Assembly (NCBI GenBank): GCA_045659265.1
Contig: JAZOWO010000131.1
Span: 1,757-65,756, forward strand
Source: Clostridia bacterium
GTDB lineage: Bacteria > Bacillota > Clostridia > TANB77 > CAG-465
DNA length: 64,000 nucleotides
Direction: 5' to 3'
Below the pieces are notes generated by a model. The model was not told the origin of the DNA. It searched no databases and saw only the letters and a list, made by a program, of their open reading frames with translations. Every line of letters begins with the position of its first letter. The first letter of the stretch is position 1. The translations under genes were made by a program, and so were the position numbers. Shown here piece after piece: positions 57,915 to 64,000 of the stretch.

Positions 57915-59373
57915 TAACTAATTCTCCTTTGGTCTTTATTAAGTTGTTGATTAAGCGAATAAAATCGCTAGTGGGAGCTTTTTTCATCTTAAAGTTTTCC
58001 TTAACTCTTGCAACAATAAGCCTTTGGATTTCAGAAGGAACTGTTTCAGGATGAATCTTGTTTACAAGATTTGAAAGAGTTTCCAAATTGTAATACTGAC
58101 ATCTAAGACTTGCAAAAATTGCATCGTTTAAGAATTCTACACCACGTCTTGTAGCATCAAATCCGAAAATCTCAAGCAGAATCTTCACCTTATCCTTATC
58201 TGACATAGTATCACTTGCGATGTTATATATATCTTGCATATTTGCAAACTTTAACAGCTCGCGTTGAACTTCATTCAGTTCTTCGATGCTCTGTCTTACA
58301 GGTACAGGTTTGGGTGGTTCTGTCTTAATTTTAGAAATTTGCTTTTCTCTAGGATCGTAATCCTGATCTTTCCTAAAAGTACTCTTTTTCTTCTTTTTAG
58401 GAGTGGGTGCAGGGGTCGCGATTTTAACCTTAGGTGCTGTAACTTGTTTTGTAGATTGAGTAGTCGGACTTTTAGCTGGTACATTAACAGGTTGCTTGCT
58501 TGTAATGGCAGGTCTCGTTTCCTTAACAGGTGTAACGATTTTGACTTCATCTTCTTTTTCCTCTGTTGTGAGACTTAAAGAAGTACAGATGAAGCTTGAA
58601 AGCTCATCCATAAAAGAATCTGTCATTGTACCTAAATACTGCATAAAGCGGGTTTTGTCTACTGTCTGAATTTGTTCTGCAAGAGCAGTACTATATCCAG
58701 AAGAAAGACCATTGATAGCTTTAGGATAATCCACCATATTTTCTTCCGTAAATTTGAAAGTATAATGGGTGGGAAGATACTTAGGCTTATACCTTGTAGT
58801 AAAAGGAATTACAATTGTGGTAGGAGAGTATTTATTTCCTTTATCGTTTTGGATGACAATAACAGGTCTAACACCTCCTTGCTCGGAACCGATTGCATCA
58901 CCTAAATCGCAACGATATATTTGACCTCGTTTTACAAGTCTAGGTTTATGCGGCTTTTCTGACATAGTAATTTCTTCAACTACGGGTTCTGCAGATTGTT
59001 CTTCAATTTCAGGTTCGATACAGATGGTTTCTGAAGTTGCTTCTTGAACAGGGACTTTTTCTTCATCCTTTTTAGCTTGAATAGAAGTATCTGAAGCATG
59101 AATGTTGTGGTGTGCTTTTGCAATAAACATTGGTGTGGGATTTGTTTTGTTATACGAGTAATTAATAAAGTTTGTTTTACTAGTATAATTCTGTACACCA
59201 ACAACAGTTACCATACTAGCAAGTGAGTCTAAAAGTTCGTCGGGTAATGTGCCATCGAGGTAAATGGTATCGTTATCAATCTTTGCTTTAATTTTGTATT
59301 TTACCAGCAATTTCGTGACTTCGCATACATTTACATCTTTAGAAAGTAATAGTAACAAAATCTGTTCCTCCAT
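57907..59373 (-). CDS. Multidomain protein, paralogue A: an N-terminal domain, a complete EndoA/MazF-type mRNA-interferase domain, a K/P/T-rich linker and a Spo0A C-terminal-like DNA-binding domain
   Basis: Residues about 143-270, [61 protein letters not shown]…[13 protein letters not shown]…, are near-colinear with B. subtilis EndoA ([47 protein letters not shown]…KLPTHVEI…LLEQIRTIDKQRL). The C-terminus …[19 protein letters not shown]…[16 protein letters not shown] resembles Spo0A_C (…GVPAHIKGYLYLREAI…KAKPTNSEFIAMVADKL). It overlaps paralogue B by 8 nt. Confidence 0.6.
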   Translation of the reverse strand: [488 protein letters not shown]

Positions 59374-59571
59374 GAGTTTATTTGTTTTAGCGCGATTTCT
59401 TTTCTGCTACAACATAATTTTTTCTCCTTTTAATAATATATTTTTTGCCGTCTAACATAGTAAGTTAGACCAAAGACAAAATTGCTCATACATTATACCA
59501 CAAAGTTATGTAAAATACAATAAAAACGCATACTTTACAGTATGCGTTAAAATCTCATATTATATATTTGA

Positions 59572-60804
59572 TTATTTTATTATTAATTTAATAAATACTT
59601 TTTTACCTTTTTTAAGGACAACATAGCCTTTTTCAAAGTCTGCTAAGTTTAATTTCTTAAATACATCTGTAACTTTTTCATCATCTAAAGAAACACCGCC
59701 ACCAGTTATTAATGTTTTACCTTCACCTTTAGATTTAGCAACGTTTGCAGCAACCATAACATCTAATAATCCTATAGTGCCATCTACAAATGAATCTTTT
59801 GCTAATTCTACAGTTGGCATATTATCTGCGTTTTGTCTGTTTTCAAATAATTCTTCAGCAGTTTGTTTAGCTTTAAGAGCTTCTTCTTCACCGTGAATTA
59901 ATTTAGTTATTTCAAATGCAGCTATTTTCTTAGCTTCGTTAATGTGTTCATCTTTTAAGCTAGATAGTCTGTTAACTTCATCCATTGGAAGGTAAGTTAA
60001 AGATCTAAGTACTTGGTTAACTGATGCATCTTCAATGTTTCTCCAGTATTGGTAGAACTCGTATGGAGTAGTCTTTTCTGGATCTAACCATAAAGCACCT
60101 TTAACTGTTTTACCCATCTTAGTACCATCTGAGTTAAGAAGTAGTGGGCAAGTTACACAGAAGCTTCCGCTTTTATGTATCTTTCTAATTAAGTCTACAC
60201 CTGCTAGCATATTTGACCATTGGTCATCGCCACCAATTTGTACTCTACAATTTTCTGTTTCAAATAACTTTAAGAAATCGTAACTTTGCATTAACATATA
60301 GTTAAGTTCAAAGAATGTAAGACCTTTTTCCATTCTCATCTTGAAACATTCGGCATCAAGCATTCTATTTACATTGAAATGAACTCCATAAGTACGAATG
60401 AAATCCATGTAGTTTAGATTTAATATCCAGTCAGCATTGTTAACTATTATAGCGGCATTTTCACCTTCGAAAGAAACAAATTTGCTAACTTGTTTTTTAA
60501 TTTTCTCCACATTGTTATCTATGTCTTCTTTTGTTAACATTTTTCTCATATCAGACTTACCAGATGGGTCTCCTATTAAAGCAGTACCACCACCCATTAA
60601 AAGTATTGGTCTATGACCATGCTTTTGGAAGTATGACATAATCATTAAAGGCATAAAGTGACCAATGTGAATACTGTCAGCAGTTGGATCGATGCCTAGA
60701 TATACTGAAAACTTCTCCTCCTTTGCTAATTTTTCAAATTCATCCTCGAAAGCTATTTGCTTTATAAGGTCACGAGATTTTAATTCTTCGTAAACTGTAT
60801 TCAA
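59572..60804 (-). CDS. tyrS: Tyrosine--tRNA ligase
   Basis: It has the HIGH (DPTADSIHIGH) and KMGKT motifs. A TTG start (MNTVYEELKSRDLIKQ) is preferred because it lies 8 nt after the RBS aaaggag. Confidence 0.9.
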   Translation of the reverse strand: MNTVYEELKSRDLIKQIAFEDEFEKLAKEEKFSVYLGIDPTADSIHIGHFMPLMIMSYFQKHGHRPILLMGGGTALIGDPSGKSDMRKMLTKEDIDNNVEKIKKQVSKFVSFEGENAAIIVNNADWILNLNYMDFIRTYGVHFNVNRMLDAECFKMRMEKGLTFFELNYMLMQSYDFLKLFETENCRVQIGGDDQWSNMLAGVDLIRKIHKSGSFCVTCPLLLNSDGTKMGKTVKGALWLDPEKTTPYEFYQYWRNIEDASVNQVLRSLTYLPMDEVNRLSSLKDEHINEAKKIAAFEITKLIHGEEEALKAKQTAEELFENRQNADNMPTVELAKDSFVDGTIGLLDVMVAANVAKSKGEGKTLITGGGVSLDDEKVTDVFKKLNLADFEKGYVVLKKGKKVFIKLIIK

Positions 60805-60946
60805 ATGTATCACTCCTTTCATATAATTGTACATGTCTGTAACAATTTACCTAATGAGTATATCACATTTTGCTTTTTTTTCAACGATTTAATTGAAAAA
60901 TGCCCATATAAATGATAATATATACGAAGTTAGGGGAGGGATAATC

Positions 60947-61450
60947 TTGAAAAGATTTAAACCAACATACAAAATAGATAAAGTTTCAAACATACCTTTT
61001 GTTTTGCTTGAAAGAGATAATATTAAAGGAATTATGTTTGATGTAGATAATACGCTTACTACACTAGGTAAAGGCATAACTGAAGATAATAGAAAGTGGA
61101 TAGAAGAAGCAAAAAAACTAGGATACAAAATTTGTCTTGTAAGTAACACATTAAATGTTAAGAAAGTAAAGAAAATAATGACAGATTTAGATATCTATGG
61201 ATTATATTTTGCTAGAAAGCCAAGTACAAAAGCTATGGCTATGGCATTAAACATAATGGATGTAAAGAAAGAAGAAGCGGTTTTAGTTGGTGACCAATTA
61301 TTTACCGATGTCTTAGGTGCAAATAGATTTGGAATAAAATCTATACTTGTAAATCCATTAAGTAAAAAAGAAGGAATATATACATCAATTAAAAGACCAT
61401 TTGAAAGAATGGTAATGAAGAAACTTGAAAAGGAGAGTGCAAATGATTAA
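60947..61450 (+). CDS. yqeG: YqeG-family HAD-IIIA phosphatase
   Basis: It has the motifs FDVDNTLT, LVSNT and VGDQLFTDVLGANRFG. A TTG start follows the RBS ggggaggg. Confidence 0.8.
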   Translation: MKRFKPTYKIDKVSNIPFVLLERDNIKGIMFDVDNTLTTLGKGITEDNRKWIEEAKKLGYKICLVSNTLNVKKVKKIMTDLDIYGLYFARKPSTKAMAMALNIMDVKKEEAVLVGDQLFTDVLGANRFGIKSILVNPLSKKEGIYTSIKRPFERMVMKKLEKESAND

Positions 61451-62210
61451 CTATATCATAGCAACGATACTAGCGCTAATACTTGGACAAGTAACGGCGC
61501 ATTTTATTTATAGACTACCAGAAATAGTAGTAGATGAAGATGAACTAAAAAAAGCAATACCAACACTTAAAACGGGATTTAAGTTAGATTATAAATATTC
61601 AATATTATTTGTAATATTGTTTAACTTAGTTGTGTATTTTGTGGATACAACATTCTTAAAATATCTATATATGTTTACAATTTCTATGATGACGGTAGCA
61701 ATGGTAATAGACTTTAAGATGCAACTAATACCAGACACAGTGCAAGTACTACTTTTTGTGTTTGGAATAATTGCTACGGCAGTAGATTATACAAATTGGT
61801 TAGGACATTTAATAGGATTTGTATTAGGTGGAGGAATTTATCTTTTAATTGCAGGATTTTCTATTCTTGTATTTAGAAAAGAAGGAATGGGAATGGGAGA
61901 TGTTAAACTTATGGCATGCCTAGGTTTAATATTTGGAATAAAAGCACTTCCAACAGGATTTCTAGACTTCTTCGCAAAAGCAGATATAATCTTTACAATT
62001 ACAATACTTGCTTTCTTTATGGCAGCTATTGTAGCAATATTATTAATAGTATTAAAAAAGACAGAACATACATCATATATGGCATTTGGACCATATATAG
62101 TAATTGGAACAATACTTGTAATGTTATTTGGAACTGAACCATTCTTAAATGCATATCTAAATGTTTGTACAGGACTTTCAGATATTCTTGTGGGATGGAT
62201 GTTTAAGTAA
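61443..62210 (+). CDS. Prepilin peptidase (A24 family), peptidase domain only
   Basis: It has 7-8 TM helices and the catalytic-region motif GMGDVKLMACLGLIFG. ATG follows the RBS ggagag and overlaps the yqeG stop by 8 nt. Confidence 0.8.
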   Translation: MINYIIATILALILGQVTAHFIYRLPEIVVDEDELKKAIPTLKTGFKLDYKYSILFVILFNLVVYFVDTTFLKYLYMFTISMMTVAMVIDFKMQLIPDTVQVLLFVFGIIATAVDYTNWLGHLIGFVLGGGIYLLIAGFSILVFRKEGMGMGDVKLMACLGLIFGIKALPTGFLDFFAKADIIFTITILAFFMAAIVAILLIVLKKTEHTSYMAFGPYIVIGTILVMLFGTEPFLNAYLNVCTGLSDILVGWMFK

Positions 62211-62261
62211 TAACAAATAACAGAAAAAAGATAAACAAAACATATTAAAGAGGGATATATA

Positions 62262-63053
62262 ATGAACGAAAGATACTTAAAATTTGCTTTAGAAATAGCA
62301 GAAAAAGCAAAAGAAATAATGCTTGGATATTATGGATATAATATAGATTCAGAATATAAAGCAGATCAAACAATAGTAACAAAAGCAGATAACGAAATAA
62401 ACCATTATTTAATAGAAAGAGTAAAAGAAGAATTTCCAACTCACTCGGTAGATGGTGAAGAAGAAAAGATGGGAAAGAGCAACTATGTTTGGGTATGCGA
62501 CCCTGTAGATGGAACAGCTATGTATGCTAGACATATACCAGTAGCAGTCTTTTCGTTAGCACTTGTAGTAGACGGAAAACCAATAGTTGGAGTAATATGT
62601 GACCCATTTAACAATAGAACATATTATGCAATAAAGAATAAAGGGGCATATGTAAACGGAAATAGAATACATGTAAACGATGTAACTCTAGAAGATAAAA
62701 GATGTATAGGTCACTATGATATGTGGAAACTAGCAAAGTATGATATCTATGATTGTATGAGAGAATTAAGTAAGAAAACATATTATACAAGTATAGGTAG
62801 TGTGGCTAGAGCTTGTACTTGTGTTGCAAATGGAGAGTATTCTGTAGTAATATTCCCTGGAAGCAAAGGAAAACACTGTGATGTTGCTGCAGCTAAAGTA
62901 ATAGTTGAAGAAGCAGGCGGTAAGTTTACAGATTTATTTGGTGAAGACCAAAGATATGATGAGGATATAAACGGGGTTGTTGCAACTAATGGTATAGTAC
63001 ACGATGAAGTAATAAAAGTATTAAAAGAAAAAGTAAGGGGTATGGAGGAATAA
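62262..63053 (+). CDS. Inositol monophosphatase family protein (SuhB-like)
   Basis: It has the WVCDPVDGT metal-binding motif. Confidence 0.8.
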   Translation: MNERYLKFALEIAEKAKEIMLGYYGYNIDSEYKADQTIVTKADNEINHYLIERVKEEFPTHSVDGEEEKMGKSNYVWVCDPVDGTAMYARHIPVAVFSLALVVDGKPIVGVICDPFNNRTYYAIKNKGAYVNGNRIHVNDVTLEDKRCIGHYDMWKLAKYDIYDCMRELSKKTYYTSIGSVARACTCVANGEYSVVIFPGSKGKHCDVAAAKVIVEEAGGKFTDLFGEDQRYDEDINGVVATNGIVHDEVIKVLKEKVRGMEE

Positions 63054-63054
63054 T

Positions 63055-63900
63055 ATGAAATTTGGACCAGCAGGAAATGATGATGCATTCTATAATGCAG
63101 GATATAAAAACTCAGAAGAAATGCCAAAATATTTAGCAGAAATGGGACTTGATGCATATGAGTATCAATGTTCAAGGGGCGTTAGAATATCTGATGAGAA
63201 AGCAGCAAAATTAAAAGAAGCAGCAGAGAAATATAACATTTCTTTAAGCGTTCACTCGCCATATTATATTTCGCTTTCTACTCAAGAAGAAGCAAAGAAG
63301 ATATCTACAATAAAATATATAACAGATTCTATGGCAGCTGCTAAGAAGATGGGAGCAACTAAAGTTGTAGTTCATGCAGGAGCACTTCTAGGATTAGAAA
63401 GGGAATATGCAGTAGATAGTGCATGTGCACTTCTTAAAAGAGCGTTAGAAGAAGCAGATAAACTAGGACTTGGAGATATAACAATATGCCCAGAAACAAT
63501 GGGTAAGATAAATCAACTAGGGGATAGCAAAGAAATAATAAAAATGTGTAAAGTGGATGAAAGATTAGTTCCAACAATAGACTTTGGACATCTATACTGT
63601 AGACATATTGGAGCACTTAGAACAGAAGAAGATTTTACTAATGAACTTCAAATGTACATAGATGAACTAGGATATGAAAGAATGAAACATTTCCATAGTC
63701 ACTTTAGTAAAATGGAATACACTGAAAACGGTGGAGAAAAACAACACGTAACATTTGCAGATGAAGGTTTTGGACCAGACTACAAAGCGGTAATAAATGC
63801 AATAAAGAAACTTAAACTAGAACCAACAATAATCTGTGAATCTGCAGGAACACAAAGCTTAGATGCAAAAGAAATGAAAGATTATGCGGAGAGTATATAA
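63055..63900 (+). CDS. Xylose-isomerase-like TIM-barrel protein (AP endonuclease family 2 / sugar-phosphate isomerase-epimerase fold)
   Basis: The 281-aa product has the family pattern …LSVHSPYYISL…KVVVHAG…; its specificity is not determinable from sequence alone. Confidence 0.55.
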   Translation: MKFGPAGNDDAFYNAGYKNSEEMPKYLAEMGLDAYEYQCSRGVRISDEKAAKLKEAAEKYNISLSVHSPYYISLSTQEEAKKISTIKYITDSMAAAKKMGATKVVVHAGALLGLEREYAVDSACALLKRALEEADKLGLGDITICPETMGKINQLGDSKEIIKMCKVDERLVPTIDFGHLYCRHIGALRTEEDFTNELQMYIDELGYERMKHFHSHFSKMEYTENGGEKQHVTFADEGFGPDYKAVINAIKKLKLEPTIICESAGTQSLDAKEMKDYAESI

Positions 63901-63909
63901 GATATAAAT

Positions 63910-63948
63910 AACCAACCAACTTATTTAATAAATAGGTTGGTTGGTTTT
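63910..63948 (+). terminator. Rho-independent terminator
   Basis: The hairpin aaccaaccaac-ttatttaataaatag-gttggttggtt is followed by a T-run. Confidence 0.7.
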
Positions 63949-64000
63949 GTTCTATTATTTACCTAATGAGTTAAGTAATTCTGTAAACTCATCATAATAA

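Noticed and set aside
56481-58905. Several plus-strand ORFs (69-331 aa) across the GC-rich island
   Set aside because: They are antisense to the two long minus-strand paralogues. The long open antisense frames are expected in GC-enriched coding DNA. The minus-strand products have recognisable domains, whereas these have none.
60805-60946. Possible T-box leader for tyrS
   Set aside because: Only about 140 bp separate the tyrS start from divergent yqeG. No AGGGTGGNACCGCG T-box core or specifier-loop structure is visible, so no T-box riboswitch is called.
1-64000. CRISPR arrays, rRNA or tRNA genes, integrases or transposases
   Set aside because: No regularly spaced short direct repeats with unique spacers were seen. 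No tRNA-like GC-rich cloverleaf segments or rRNA operon were seen. No recombinase motifs were seen. The only tandem repeats are protein-coding, at 333 bp, 30 bp and 21 bp.

Overview
This is a low-GC (about 30%) Firmicutes chromosomal window from a spore-former. The spore-former call rests on the alpha/beta-type SASP, spoIIAA/spoIIAB, a gerA-type germinant receptor operon and GerW/YtfJ.

Most of the window is conserved housekeeping sequence. It contains fusA (3' end) and tuf; fapR-plsX-acpP-rnc and a radical-SAM gene; rarA; cvpA; an LCP-family gene; and rpsB-tsf. After an insertion come frr-cdsA-rseP-polC, then hpf and a CaCA exchanger gene. Further along are spoIIAA-spoIIAB, two pseudouridine synthase genes and rpsU. 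These are followed by ctpA, veg, recA-recX-scpA and ytfI/ytfJ. The last stretch holds a frameshifted GntR gene plus an ABC transporter, a gerA-like operon, an EcsC-family gene, a PTP gene, a znuACB-like metal transporter, tyrS, yqeG, a prepilin peptidase and an IMPase-family gene. There is also a roughly 4.3 kb SLH-anchored surface-protein gene with nine tandem 333-bp repeats.

Four compositionally atypical islands are embedded in this backbone, at roughly 40-50% GC. They use GC-rich codons such as ctc, ccc and gcc that are foreign to the rest of the window. Each island carries a paralogous gene family:
- Two tandem small proteins sit immediately after tuf (1938-2533).
- A lone small gene lies at 4365-4730.
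- Three tandem membrane proteins lie at 31946-35722. Each has 4-5 transmembrane segments, a Pro-Glu-Thr repeat linker and a C-terminal beta domain, and each has its own promoter and terminator.
- Two overlapping roughly 500-aa paralogues lie at 56409-59373 on the minus strand. They combine a complete MazF/EndoA (PemK) toxin-fold domain with a C-terminal Spo0A-C-like DNA-binding domain.

The last island is the most likely undescribed system. The window also contains two pilin-like proteins lacking the canonical Glu5, an A24 prepilin peptidase, and several broken conserved operon contexts: no pyrH, uppS or dxr between tsf and polC, and no sigF after spoIIAB. No rRNA, tRNA or CRISPR array was seen.
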